A stretch of DNA of 63,058 bases, filler included, from Rhabdomonas costata (GCA_019059605.1; 52 parts of 52 records of this genome joined end to end with filler, not necessarily neighbours in it); one strand, 5' to 3'. Counted from the whole stretch's first letter, positions 48,690 through 61,500 are shown. Numbers and translations: made by a program. Notes: generated by a model not told the origin, from the sequence alone.

Positions 48690-49706
48690 CAAGTGCTTTC
48701 ATTACTGCAAACTCAACCTGATTTCTTCTCACACTCAACCAGGTCAGTGCTTGGGGAAGAACGAGGAGGCTAGAAGTGCTTGCATCCCCGCATCGCCGAT
48801 CCGATTGTCGGACACATCCAAGCAGGTCAGGCAGGAGAAAAAGGAGGAAGCTGCCAATGCTTGCATTCCCACATCGTCGACTTTATTGTTGGACAGGTAC
48901 AGGCATGAAAGCTTGCGAAAGAAAGGCGAAGCTGAGAGAGCTTGCACTCCCTCTGACCCGAGTAGATTGCAGGCCATAGCCAAGCAGGTGAGGTTGGGGA
49001 AGAAGGAGGAAGCTGAGAGTGCTCGCATTCCCACGTCGTCGATATGACAGCAGTTCACATCCAAGGAAGTCAGGTTGGGGAAGCAACAGGAAGCTGCAAG
49101 GACTTGCATTCCTCATCGCCGATCGGACAGCAGCTCACATCGAAGGAGGTGAGGTTGCGAAAGAAGGAGGAAGGTGCAAGTGCTTGCATTCCAGCAATCC
49201 CGATATAACAGTTGTTCCCGACATCCAAGTAGGTAAGGTTTGGAAAGAGCGAGGACCGCGAGGGCGCTTCCACTCCCGCGTCGCCGAGCTGGTTGTCGTT
49301 CACATTCAAAGAGGTAAGGTTAGAGAAAAAGGAGCATTCTGCAAGAGCTTGCATTTCCTCATCTCCGATCGAGTTCCGTTCGACATCCAGAGATCTGAGG
49401 TTGGGAAATAAGCAAGCAGAGTGCGCATCCATTTCCGCACCGAGCCCAAGCAAGTGTCCAAAGAGCATCCTGCTTTTCACTGAAATCACCGCGGCGGAGC
49501 AAGCCAGCCGCAAGCACTGAGACGCGATTTGCCCATCCGTGAGGTCTTTCAGGGACCTGAGGTTGAGCACCATCTTCCACTCGGGGGTAAGATTCTCATC
49601 AACCAGCTCTCGAAACAGCTTGCAAACCAGCCGCAGGCAGAGATGCGGAGTTAGCCTCAAAAACCGAACGATGCAGGTCAATACGTCCTCGGAAAGGGAT
49701 AGGGAG
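48690..49706 (-). pseudogene. F-box + RNI-like LRR protein, intronless, two frameshifts (~49110, ~48745)
   Basis: LSEDVLTCIVRFL...LRLVCKLFRELV F-box; about nine 28-aa repeats FPNLTSLDVxxNxIGDxGMQALA; the repeat register continues across the frame changes. Confidence 0.85.
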
Positions 49707-49892
49707 NNNNNNNNNNNNNNNNNNNNNNNNNNNNNNNNNNNNNNNNNNNNTTAATTAATTAANNNNNNNNNNNNNNNNNNNNNNNNNNNNNNNNNNNNNN
49801 NNNNNNGTTTTTGTGGACACCACCTATCATTATTTAAATTGTTTAACTGTATTTCAAATTGATGATTGCACTTATTACATAAAAACCAAAAT

Positions 49893-50848
49893 AATTTATT
49901 GGAGCAGTAAAAATAATGTAACGCCAAGAGAAATTTTTTCATTTTCTAATAAGTTATTTTGGTTTTTATGTAATAAGTGCAATCATCAATTTGAAATACA
50001 GTTAAACAATTTAAATAATGATAGGTGGTGTCCATATTGCGCAAATCCACCTAAAAAGTTGTGCGATGATGCAAATTGTATGTTATGCTTTAACAAATCA
50101 TTTGCTTCTCATGAAAAATCTATTTATTGGAGTAATAAAAATAATATAACACCTAGAAAAGTATTTAAATGTTCTGGAAAAAAATATTTCTTTGATTGTG
50201 ATAAGTGTAAACATTCATTTGAGATAAAATTAGATAACTTAAATAAAGGTTTTTTTTGTGTTTATTGTTGTGATACTAAAACAGTTATTTTGTGTGATAA
50301 CAATGATTGTGTATATTGTTTTGACAAATCATTCGCATCATGTGATAAAGCTAAATACTGGAGTAATAAAAATAAAATAATTCCAAGAAAAGTAGCCAAG
50401 AATTCAAATGATAATTATATATTTAACTGTGATATCTGTAAACATGAATTTACATCTAAACTCAGTCATATCAATAATGATGTATGGTGTCCTACTGTTC
50501 TGTTCCAACTAAAAAAATTTGTAATGATGAAAAATGTAAAAATTGTTTTAACAAATCATTTGCATCATGTTATCAATCCAGATATTGGAGTAATAAAAAT
50601 AAAATTACACCGCGACAAGTTATTAAAGGTAGTGGAAATAAATATTTGTTCATTTGCAATAAATGTAAGAATGAATTTGAAAAGAGTTTAGATCATATTA
50701 GTGGTAAAAGGAATTCATGGTGTCCAATTTGTATACACAAAACAGAATTAAAACTATACAACAATTTAATAAAGATATATCCAAATTTAAAACATAATTA
50801 CAAATTTGAGTGGTGTAAAAAAATTAACTGTTTACCTTTTGATATATC
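49893..50848 (+). CDS. Tandem zinc-ribbon protein with C-terminal restriction-endonuclease-like domain, giant-virus type; frameshift ~50490
   Basis: Four repeats WSNKNxITPRxV...YxFxCxxCxHxF...WCPxC...LCxxxxCxxCFNKSFAS, then CPICIHKTELKLY...FEWCK...LPFDI; very AT-rich, intronless. Confidence 0.8.
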
Positions 50849-52668
50849 TTTATTAAATTGTTGTATAGTTTTAATTCTGTTTTGTGTATACAAATTGGAC
50901 ACCATGAATTCCTTTTACCANNNNNNNNNNNNNNNNNNNNNNNNNNNNNNNNNNNNNNNNNNNNTTAATTAATTAANNNNNNNNNNNNNNNNNNNNNNNN
51001 NNNNNNNNNNNNNNNNNNNNGGGGGTGGGGGTCCTGCGGAGGGTACAGGGGCAACGATAAAGTATCTGAGCACATGCCCACCCACCCTCACCTCTTCTCT
51101 CAACATACAAGCATACATCCGGGGCCAAAATCACAATCGAAACTAAGCAGTGGACACAGAAGAGCAACACGTCGGAAGCAAAGCAAAAGAAAAGAACAGT
51201 GACCAAAAGTAAACACCTCTGTCAGTGTTAAAACGTCCCATCCTGTTAAATCACACATCTCGGAGCAAACAACTGACAGCAACTCGCATCACCCACAGCT
51301 CCAGTCAAGGTGCAAACGACAGCGCTTTGTACAATTCCAAACTTATGAAAGAACCCGACCGAGAACAACACGCTTAAGCTTTACAGGAGGCAGAAATAGA
51401 AAGAGCCAAAGCACACCTGCGCTCGGGCAACCACGTACATCCACTCCTGCAACAAAAAAGGCGGGAAAGGTCCTATGCCTCTCCGACTCGAAAACTAAGA
51501 GAAGGCAGAGAAACCTTTCCGAAAAATCATTGTCAATCATGCCCATGGCTGCGGAAAACGATTTCACATTGAACCCAAAGAGAGCTGGCTGTAGGCCAAG
51601 GTTCAACCAAAAACACAGAGTGACGTATGACGCGAATTGATCTATGACCACGGCAGGTAAATAAGACTTCTCCCTAATCTGTGCATAGAATCAGCCACGG
51701 ATATAGCGCGCGCACACAGACAAAAGAGAGAAAGAACAGAATCTCCCTCTCCTGGACCAAGTCCAAATGAACTTGTTTGGAACCATCTCACCATCTTTCA
51801 GTATGGTGAAATGAGTAATATGAGTGCCCAACTTTCCATAACCCTATCACACGATCTCTGCTGCCCTTTTTCGCTCAAACTTCGAAACTTCGCGCGTGTG
51901 GGGGACCGCCCCAGTGAAACAGAGAGCGCTCAAGGCAAACAGGGGTTCCCCCATATGATACGTGATAAGTGATAAGTGTTGCTGCCCGCCGAGCAGGCAC
52001 CTCGTCGAGAGTTTGATCTCGGAGGCCTTTCAGCTCGAACACCGGCGAAAACTTCACAGTGGGAGGTGATCCTTGCCCCTCCATCGCAGCCGTATTCTCA
52101 ACAAAAGCTGCCACCTGTAGAACCCCACCCCCCCNNNNNNNNNNNNNNNNNNNNNNNNNNNNNNNNNNNNNNNNNNNNTTAATTAATTAANNNNNNNNNN
52201 NNNNNNNNNNNNNNNNNNNNNNNNNNNNNNNNNNGTTGGTGGGGTATTGGTCATCGGGGCGGCGGTGGCATTCCTCTTCTGGTGTGTGTCACGCTCTTTT
52301 GAGTGCCTGCGGCTGTGCTTCCTTGGGATGAGTGGCTTTCTGGGGACTTTCTCGAACCGCTTCATGAATGATTTTCGGGTATGGCATCCCCTTTCCTCCT
52401 CCCATTCTCTCCACTCCATCCCCACACTTCTGTTCATTTTTTCCTGTGCAACTGTACTCTTGTTATCCGCGCCAATGCTGCTGCCACAATCGTTCAATCC
52501 TGAGTCCATCCTGTATACAAAAGAATATTCATGATCGGATGGCTGTGGTTTGGGCCCCCGTCAGGTCTCCGGTCAGAATAAAGGAGACCGCACATTCCAT
52601 TAACTATTAATGAAACGTCAAGTGACTGGAGGACGGAAAAGATTTTTGGGGGAGTGGGTTATTGGTAC

Positions 52669-53232
52669 CACAGAGAGAGCCTCCGCGCTTCCCGTGGCCC
52701 ATTGCACGAAGTTCACGATGGCGTCGGCGACACGGCAGTCCGCCGCAAGCACGTCCTGCCTCAACACAAAGCTGGTGAAGCCCACAATGGAGTAGCTGGT
52801 CTCCCCAGCGGTGTCCACCAGGTCTACGGCAAGGAAAGAAACAAAGCATCGAATTCCACCATAGAAACACATATCAGAGGAGGAAGATGGAGTTAGCGCA
52901 GAGAGAGATAGAGAGAGATGAGAACTGATTCTGCTACAGAGAAATCGCAGGCGTACGGTGGTGCGTTGCGTAGAGGGCAACATTGGCCAATGAAGTCATA
53001 GAGCCGCAGAAGTTTGCGTGATGGATGGCATGAGTTCAGTATGATGCCTTGCAAATCAACACAAGGCTGCGCGAGGAGCTTCACTCAGTTTTGGAATTGA
53101 CGGCTGAAAGTGTCTGTGTGTTGGGGGCGGGGGGCGTGGAGGAAGGATGACACACCACTAGTGAAACGGCTGGTGAAGTTGGCGGTAATCGCGGAGGAAC
53201 CGATGGAGTCCTGGCTGGGCAGAAGGGAGGTC
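52669..53232 (-). CDS. PstS-like phosphate-binding domain, exons 53232-53156 and 52823-52669
   Basis: LLPSQDSIGSSA...FTS|DLVDTAGETSYSIVGFTSFVLR...AIVNFVQWA resembles the PstS C-terminal lobe (YPIxxxT...FxxWA); phase-1 GT-AG intron. Confidence 0.7.
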
Positions 53233-54821
53233 CTGCGCAGTTGCCGTAGGAAGAGACGCTATCGCTTTTGCTTCGCGCTTGTTCGAGCCATCGCCACAAT
53301 AAAAGAAGACGTTCAACCCGAGCCGCTTTGCAATGAACACACAATTCANNNNNNNNNNNNNNNNNNNNNNNNNNNNNNNNNNNNNNNNNNNNTTAATTAA
53401 TTAANNNNNNNNNNNNNNNNNNNNNNNNNNNNNNNNNNNNNNNNNNNNGTTTTTTTGTATGTTTTCATGCATGTTCCTTCTTTTGGTTGGGGATTCTGGG
53501 ATGACTTCTATTTCGTGAAGAACGTTTCTGACTTTTGGGGGCATGGGACCGAGGTGGTGTGATATTTTCGAAAAGGTTTTCATTAGCGTGGAAATTGGCA
53601 TGCAGCAATTCGGTGAGAAGTGGATTATTTTGCTGTCAACGTTTCCGCGTGCTGACTGCACAGCAATGGTGGTATGCTCTCGCAGACACGTGGGAAGTGT
53701 TGGGTTCTTGCTTCCAGCGAAAAAGAGGGAGGGTACTCCAGCCACCCACCCTTTTCCAGCCTTCCCTCCGAGGAGCACACTCATACACAAAAACATTTTG
53801 GCTGCTTTCCTACGTGCCCTTCCGCAGTGCAGTAGAAACGGTCGCTGGCCGGATGAATAGATTTGTGTGTAAGAGATACACCTTGCCTTGCGTTTTGTTA
53901 TCACTCTGGTCCGTTAGCACCGGTAAATCCTGGCTTGGCTTCCCACCTTCATCGATTCTTCTGGCTTTCCTTTGGGACAGCTTTTCATGGACTCGCTGGG
54001 CCTATAATTTTGCTTGTCAGATCCGTTTATTTTTTCAAACTTCCACAATTAATCTGTAATAGCAGGTGTTGAAGATGGTGCTTTGATATTTTCCTCGGGT
54101 GCTCACAATACGGTCCCGCCAAAGAAAAGCCAGAAGAATCGATGAAGGTGGGAAGCCAAGCCAGGATTTACCGGTGCTAACGGACTAGCTCGAACAAGGA
54201 ACCCAATTCTGGCCAACGCCACGAGCAACGTGTGCCTGCACCAATGACCATGCTCCCACACTCTGCAGGCATATCACAACAGCAATCCCGGAGAAAAATT
54301 ACGGCAACCCTAATCCAAGGCCCGCGCGTATACACTAGGGAAAGAAAAGGTTATGCCCCGCCTGCTCCAGATTTCAAAGCTTGGGTCCGTGTCACTGGAA
54401 GCCCATTTTCGGTCCATTACGTTCTCTTTCCCTCAGAGAAATTTCTTTGGCGGGACCGTATTGTGAGCACCCGAGGAAAATATCAAAGCACCATCTTCAA
54501 CACCTGCTATTACAGATTAATTGTGGAAGTTTGAAAAAATAAACGGATCTGACAAACAAAANNNNNNNNNNNNNNNNNNNNNNNNNNNNNNNNNNNNNNN
54601 NNNNNTTAATTAATTAANNNNNNNNNNNNNNNNNNNNNNNNNNNNNNNNNNNNNNNNNNNNTGTTTGTGTTCGCCGTGGTCCTCGCTGCCTTTCGTTGAC
54701 ATCATGCAGCGTGGGGCAAGGGGAGCGCATTCACACCTTCACAGCGCACGACTTTTTGGCTGCCTGCTAAAAAGCGGGGGGCCCTTTGGTCGCGAAAGAC
54801 AATTATTTTTTTCGTCCACAG

Positions 54822-55495
54822 CTACAAAAAATCCATGACTTCCGTTACGCCGTGGAGAACTTTGCAGAGAAATTCGATGCTGTGATGACCTACTATGACA
54901 ACCTGGTAGCCTCTTCCCTGTCTCTCTCTGTCTCGCGGGGGTGGGGGGAATTGGTGCATCCTCCAGTGGACTTTGCACAAGGACGAGGCTATTCTCGTGA
55001 AACAGGGATCATTATTTCTCCTCTCTGCTCACTTCGCACGTGTTGATGTGTTCGTGTTGTTCCGGTAGTTCGCTTGGTTTGGATGCTTTCTCCCCCGACG
55101 CTCTCCACCCACTCAGAATCGCTGCATGCAGGGGCCGCATTTCTTTCGTCATTCCGCAGTGGAGGGGAAGCACGTGCTGTTCTGCGAACAGTTAGGCACC
55201 AAAATGGGAACCCCAGTGGGCGCCGCGGCGACCCAGTGTAACCGCAGCAGAGACCGACGAGTGCAAGCAATAACGCCCAAAAATAAAATACTTGCCCTGC
55301 CTGGCTGTGCTCTCATTAACCATTCCTTTAACGCGGAAAGTCTCATGCCCGATCCGCGCCGATAGGTTGACCGGTACGAGCTGATCGTGGACTACATGTC
55401 CATCCTTGCCGACCACACCACCATTCCTATGTGGCAGTCTATGCTCGCTATTAGCCGTGCCCGGGTGGCCTACATGCGGGAGCGCTGCCTTGTGG
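54822..55495 (+). CDS. Hypothetical protein, short internal exons (54822-54905; 55367-~55495)
   Basis: cacag/gtagcc and gatag splice sites around coding-like frames; no family recognised. Confidence 0.4.
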
Positions 55496-56647
55496 GGGTG
55501 GTTTGTGAGCGCGCGCGCGCACGTCGATGTGTCTGGAAATATAGTGAGGATGAGGTGTTCCGCACCATCCATGCCGCTTGTGGTGACAAAGAAATGAGTG
55601 GACAAACTTCTCGGTCTCAGTTTTCTTTTCAAGGCCCCTGGCGAGATGAATGGGGTGGAACATTGAAAAGAGCGTTGGATCGGAGGAAATGGGGTGGAAT
55701 GAGTTAATGTTTTTCGGCATCCAGTGCTGTGAAGTGGACGCCGCTGATTTGTGCTCGCTTGGACCGGTGCTGAAGNNNNNNNNNNNNNNNNNNNNNNNNN
55801 NNNNNNNNNNNNNNNNNNNTTAATTAATTAANNNNNNNNNNNNNNNNNNNNNNNNNNNNNNNNNNNNNNNNNNNNCCGCCTCAAAAAAGAACTCTGGCCC
55901 TTTGAAACTGGCGCTCATTGGCAGTGGAAGTTGCCACCATGCACTCGGGACATTTGTAAAAATTTTCCCTTCGCCCACCTTCGCCAGCGCTTTTGTCACT
56001 TTTGAACTTCCACTGGCCCGTGCAGCTTACCTGCTGACCACCAAACGTCCCTTTCTATGCCGCATACTGGGTTCTCATCATTCCAAAAAAAAAATATGAG
56101 CGGTTGGCACTCGATACGGGGCGTTCGGCACTTCCTCTGCCTGTTGGAGACCAAGTGGGCAAGTGGTTGCCCCCTGGGACGGGGTTGGTGAACAGCGCCA
56201 GAGTGATGCGATTTCGAGGACGGTTTGTGGTGGTCGCCCCACACATATTCGAGGGCACCAAGCGGAGGGGAGGGGAGCAGAGGGATTCGGCTCCTAGGCT
56301 CCTTCCTATTCGTGTCAAGGCGAGTTGTCAAGACTCACGAGCTCCTCGAGATGTGACACCTCTTCGATTACAATTCGTCTTCTACCATCGAGGTTCGCGG
56401 GATTCCCTCCTCTAAAGCGGGACTGGGGTGTCCTCAGCTAACGCTGGGGAAGGAGATAAACCCCGAGCTTGGAATGCATTTCTCCTCTGCTGCCAGCGGA
56501 GGCAAGACACGTCCTGACATCCCCAAACGAACAATTTTGGGTTCATTGGGGGCGAGTGGTTTGAAAAAATGACCGTTTGGCAGTATCAAGAAGCTTAGCA
56601 CTGCCAAGCGACAAAAGGAAAAGCCATAGGCCAGAGGCTAAATGGAC

Positions 56648-56730
56648 CTTGGAAAGCATGGTGTGGCTGTCGTCATGGCCCGCCTCCAGAAGCAGCACAG
56701 AGACAGTGGGGTCCGCACTGAGCCGGTTTG
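56648..56730 (-). CDS. GMC oxidoreductase (choline dehydrogenase-like) N-terminal exon
   Basis: ANRLSADPTVSVLLLEAG motif; ccacag acceptor and aag|gt donor. Confidence 0.85.
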
Positions 56731-57168
56731 CTGTGGAAAACCAAGACTCCAGAGCGATCATACGACCCGTGGAAAAAAGCAAATGGGGGTGAAGTGGGAA
56801 AAACGGAAAGGGCAAAAAGATAAAGGCACATCTCTGAAGCTGACACCAGCAGTCCGGAAATGCTTGAGACCAATGAGCGGAGGTGATGCAGACAAGCACA
56901 TGCACCCACATGTGGGACAACGCGCAGAAAGCAGGGGCAAGGTGTGGCGCCATCACAACCATACCGTTTTCCGCCCCCCACCACCACCANNNNNNNNNNN
57001 NNNNNNNNNNNNNNNNNNNNNNNNNNNNNNNNNTTAATTAATTAANNNNNNNNNNNNNNNNNNNNNNNNNNNNNNNNNNNNNNNNNNNNGGTGTGGTGTG
57101 CTCTAATTTACAGCATTCACACAAACAAACGCCGCAGTGTGCGCAGCAAAGCGGGCCACCTACCATAC

Positions 57169-58203
57169 CTTCATGTCTCTGCCGTTTCCGCGACCCTGAG
57201 GTGCTCACCACAAGCCTGTTCTTGTCATCCTCAACTTGCGCGTCATCATCCAGGATGACAACCTCGTCGGGAGACTTCTCCCGCTCCCTTCTCTTTCTGC
57301 TGGCAGCAGCACCGCTGCCGCTGCCACCGCCACCAGCAGCAAGGTTCTCCTCTCCCATACCCTCCGCAGCGTCCTCATCCACAACCTCCTCATTTACGCT
57401 CTCGCCGACGGCATTTGCGTCGTCCTCCGTGGGCATGGGGATCTTCGCCCGCGCCCTGGATCTGGCCTTGGCGTTCTTCACGCGGAGCCTCTTGGCGATC
57501 TTCTTGGAGCGGTTCTTGAGGACATAGTCGAAGTCCAGCGTTGCCGCCTTCACGATCATCTTCTTTGGGCGAGGCTTTTGGTCCTTCGTCAGCTCAGGGT
57601 CCACCGGGACATCCTGAAAGCGCTGCCGCGAGTTGACCTGCAGGACGCACCGGCGGGTTTCTGCGAGGTACTGCACCTGCACCTCGGAGGTGTATCCAAA
57701 GGTGCTGGTAAACTCTGCGGTGAGCTTGACCCCCTTGCTGTCAACATAGACATGACCCCCGAGGACGTTCTTCACTGGCTTCTTGCGGGGCCGCGGGGCG
57801 CGGGTGGACGCGGGGTCGATCTTCGCGCTCTCGTGCGCCTTCTCGAGTTCCACGTACTTGTGCGCGGGCTTGGGCTGGTCCCCAAGGGCGCGAAACCTGA
57901 CGTGGCCAGAGAGGATACGCATTGTCTTGTCGTTGGGGTTGCATTTGACTCCCTCGTTGACGGCCTCCAAGGCCTCGGGAAACTTCCGCATCGCCACAAG
58001 GATCTGGATCTTTCGGATCAGGGCCTTGGTGAAGGTGGGGTCCACCTTCAGCGCGGCGTCGCAGTCCGCAACAGCCTTCTCGTAATCCTTCAGCTGGAAG
58101 TACGCCGCGGCGCGGTTGCTGTGCAGCACGGCGCGGTTGTAGGTCGGGGCTCCGTTCAGGGCCTCTGTGTAGGCCTCCATCGCGCCCTGGAAGTCCCCAC
58201 AGC
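57169..58203 (-). CDS. TPR-repeat protein, single exon >1 kb
   Basis: AYTEAL...LHSNRAAAYFQLKDYEKAVADCDAALKVDP...KALIRK (three TPRs), then an unknown domain and acidic tail; gaag|gtatgg donor. Confidence 0.88.
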
Positions 58204-60976
58204 NNNNNNNNNNNNNNNNNNNNNNNNNNNNNNNNNNNNNNNNNNNNTTAATTAATTAANNNNNNNNNNNNNNNNNNNNNNNNNNNNNNNNNNNNNNNNN
58301 NNNGGGGGGGGGTGGTCTATAAGAGCCCATCACAGCTGACTATTAACGCCAACTCAGTCTGCCTTGCATAGAAAAATAGTTGAAAATCCGAAAAGCGCTT
58401 GGTGATCATCCCCTTTCTTTCAGTTTTGCTGTGGCAGATTAAGCTCTGCCCTTCACCACCGGGACCTGTTTGTTGCTCCTACAAAAAACACAATCCCAAG
58501 ATCCTACTGATTCCTTATTACAACCGAAGCATGCCAGAATCCACCAGAGGACCCACTTTTATGTTGGAGGAGCGATTCCTAACGTGACCAGCTTTCCAAC
58601 CACCAACCACTGCCTAAAAAAGCCAGAGGATGTGGAATTTGTTATTTGTTATATGTTTTTTGTTTCTTATTTGTTTCTTTTTCTTTTCTTTTGTTCTTTG
58701 CTTCTTATTTGTTTCCTTTTGCATCATTTATATAATTATTTAATTCTACCAGGGGAAATGTATTCTACACATTGAGCTTTTCATGTGGAAAAGACGCACA
58801 ACCTGAAGGAGAATTAAACAGACGTCTCTTATTACATCAATTCTTCTGTCCCATCGAATGCACTAGCCTCGAAGCGAAGTAGTTATCAAAGTAAAGGCTG
58901 GCTGTCGCTGTATCTGATGCAGACGGGAGAGTCGTTTGAGGAGGACCCTGAAAAATTCGAGGTTTTACTTTTCTTTCTTTTTTATATTCAAACAACCGAA
59001 ATCCAAGTAAACGCCATCTTAACCTTTATTACAAGCAAATAATTGGCACTATGAATTATAGACAAGCTGATAGACAAACACAGGCACCACAAAGAAGAAT
59101 ATGAGTGCAAGGCCTCCGAAGTGACCAAACCTGTGGGCAAGCTATTTGGAGTTCCCCTGGGAAGGTGTACCTCCTCACCTACTTTCTTATTCTGAAATCG
59201 TCGTCATCTCTTCACCATCGTGATTGCGAAGCTTGACACATCGTTCTCTCGATAGTTTGTGGAGTTCAATTAGCCTTCCAGAAGCGTGCGTTTACCGTCC
59301 TCCAGGGTCTGGATGAACATAGTTTATGCCTTGAACTGAATAGGCTGCAAGTTTGGTGAAGGAAACTGGTGCGACGGTAAACGCACGCTTCTGGAAGGCT
59401 AATTGAACCCCACAAACNNNNNNNNNNNNNNNNNNNNNNNNNNNNNNNNNNNNNNNNNNNNTTAATTAATTAANNNNNNNNNNNNNNNNNNNNNNNNNNN
59501 NNNNNNNNNNNNNNNNNGTTGTTGTGTCCTGTCCGGAAGAGCGTGGCTGGCCTCCTCTCATTCCCCCGCCCCCCGACGACTTCCCATCCAGACAGAGAGA
59601 AGGGTGGCAGATTGTGCGGAATGGTGCGGGTTCAGTGCGCGCCAGCACGTCTGCCTAGCTGCACCAGTTGGGGTGACCGGCGCGACCGCTGCGAAGTCTG
59701 AAGAAAAATTCCCGTCAAGTTCATATCGTGTGGGCGTTGGTGTGTGTCAGAAAGATATCTGGATGAGACCTTGGAAGCCTTCATATTCGCTCTCAACGTG
59801 CGCAGGGTTCTTCCATTCTTGTTTTTTCGTCCGGAAAAAGCGTGAAGTTAGCGTAAGAATTTCGGCCCCAAAAATCATTGTTAAAGGCCAATTGAAATCT
59901 ACCTGACCTCCGTTGACATGGGTATGGCCCGGGCTCAGGTGGGAAATTTCATATGTTTGCCTCTCAACAGTCATTGCTGACCAGAAAAAAGTTGTGTGTG
60001 TTCTGGGAGGCGTAAAATGCCCCTGTATGGCGCTGACGTTTTGATTAAAGTTCCCTAACCTGCGTTAAGATGTGAAACACAAGGATTTGCGAGGTGTTTT
60101 GATCCTAATCGGTAATTTCACGCGCAGAAAACGTAAAGACTTGACGACACTCAAAATAGCAAGGATCCGGAAAAGGCTAATAATACTGCATCATTGTCCC
60201 CCCTGGTGGGACAAAAACTGCGCACACGGCAATGACAACAATGTCCAGGGGATTGTTCAACGGGGCTGGGAGGTACAGCGCGCACATACCGTTGACCTGT
60301 CTTTTCGGGCTTTCGGGTGATAGGGGAACGAAATTGACGACACAGATGCTATGAGCAAATTTTGCCTTTTCCCCCCCATTTTTGCCTAATATTGGGTAAT
60401 TTTGAGCATTTTATGGTCGTTTTAGGTCAAATTTGACTCTTATTGGGGGCCTCCTGGAGACTTCCAGAGACTTCACAAGCGAGCAAGGGAAGGTCATGGT
60501 GCAAGTAGGAATTTCAGGGGGAAGACTATTCTTAGTGTCAAAAAGAGCCCTCGGGCAAGGAGCTTGAAAGTTTCTGAAATATTTGCCCGAGGGCTCTTTT
60601 TGACACTAAGAATAGTCTTCCCCCCCAACAANNNNNNNNNNNNNNNNNNNNNNNNNNNNNNNNNNNNNNNNNNNNTTAATTAATTAANNNNNNNNNNNNN
60701 NNNNNNNNNNNNNNNNNNNNNNNNNNNNNNNGGGGGGGTGGTTTTTCTGTGAACAATATTTCTCTCAAGACGCAGCACAAAATAAACAAAGAGCCACCAA
60801 GGTGCAGCAGACCTGTCCCGCAGCATTTTGAGAGAAATATTGTTCACAGAAAAGCCTCCTCGGAAAACTGAAAAAGCAACTCATTGGGTCGATATTGCTG
60901 ACCGAAGGAAGCTGCCCGAGCGGAAGAGGAATGGAGGAAGGGGCTTGAACGGAAGCGGGATGAAAGCCCGGGTCAC

Positions 60977-61375
60977 CTGCGCCTCACTGAATGCCTTGAA
61001 GAGCATACAGACGTGGCCCAGCAGGAGGTTCTTCTCGCTGAGGTGGGCGATCTTCTCTAGGGCCATCACCATCGCCGGCTGCTGTACATGCCGGACTGCA
61101 CGAAAAGGAGCGACACAGAAGGGAAGGAAGTCAAGAGTGTCCAAGAAACAATGATACAAAAGATCGAACTGAGATGCAGTGCCGCCCGCTTGGATCATTA
61201 AAAAATGAATAGTGACAAGTGAATATGAGAAGTGTTCTGTTTGTTTCTGCTCGCACCCCCTCCATACTCTCACCCACCCACATGAGGATGACATACAGAC
61301 ACGGATGGCCAGCTCGATGTCCAGATTGCTGAGGGCATGGTCCCCCAGAGCCTGCCAGCACTCCGTAAGGTTCAG
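60977..61375 (-). CDS. WDR19: Intraflagellar transport protein IFT144/WDR19, exons 61375-61297 and 61095-60977
   Basis: ECWQALGDHALSNLDIELAIRVFRHVQQPAMVMALEKIAHLSEKNLLLGHVCML matches IFT144 (AIRVYR...MVMSLE...NLLAGH); phase-1 GT-AG intron. Confidence 0.85.
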
Positions 61376-61442
61376 CTGACAGGAGCCCTTCCAGCACTCT
61401 GTTTTTGGATGGGTAGAGGTATTGAAGGAAAGTCATGTAATC

Positions 61443-61500
61443 GTGTGTGTGTGTGTGTGTGTGCGTGCGCGTGTGCGTGTGCGTGTGCGTGTGCGTGCGT
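61443..61500 (+). repeat. (GT)n/(GCGTGT)n microsatellite
   Basis: Alternating purine-pyrimidine run inside an intron. Confidence 0.9.

Noticed and set aside
48599-48786. Long perfect inverted repeat (48599-48683 vs ~48705-48786)
   Set aside because: Exact reverse copy of adjacent LRR coding sequence ending at the contig edge; fold-back amplification chimera.
49812-50919. Inverted repeats at both ends of the virus-like contig (49812-49892; ~50845-50919) as TIRs or hairpin telomeres
   Set aside because: Each is a local reverse copy of nearby internal coding sequence, not of the other end; fold-back artefacts, which also make the ORF-track termini spurious.
53908-54555. Two overlapping inverted duplications (also 48369-48483 and 60519-60624)
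   Set aside because: Perfect local inversions near contig ends, consistent with template switching rather than MITEs.
57236-58255. 339-aa + strand ORF
   Set aside because: Antisense shadow of the high-GC3 TPR exon.
58304-59417. Possible decayed gene or transposon with exon-like pieces
   Set aside because: All frames are interrupted and no family motif is recognisable.
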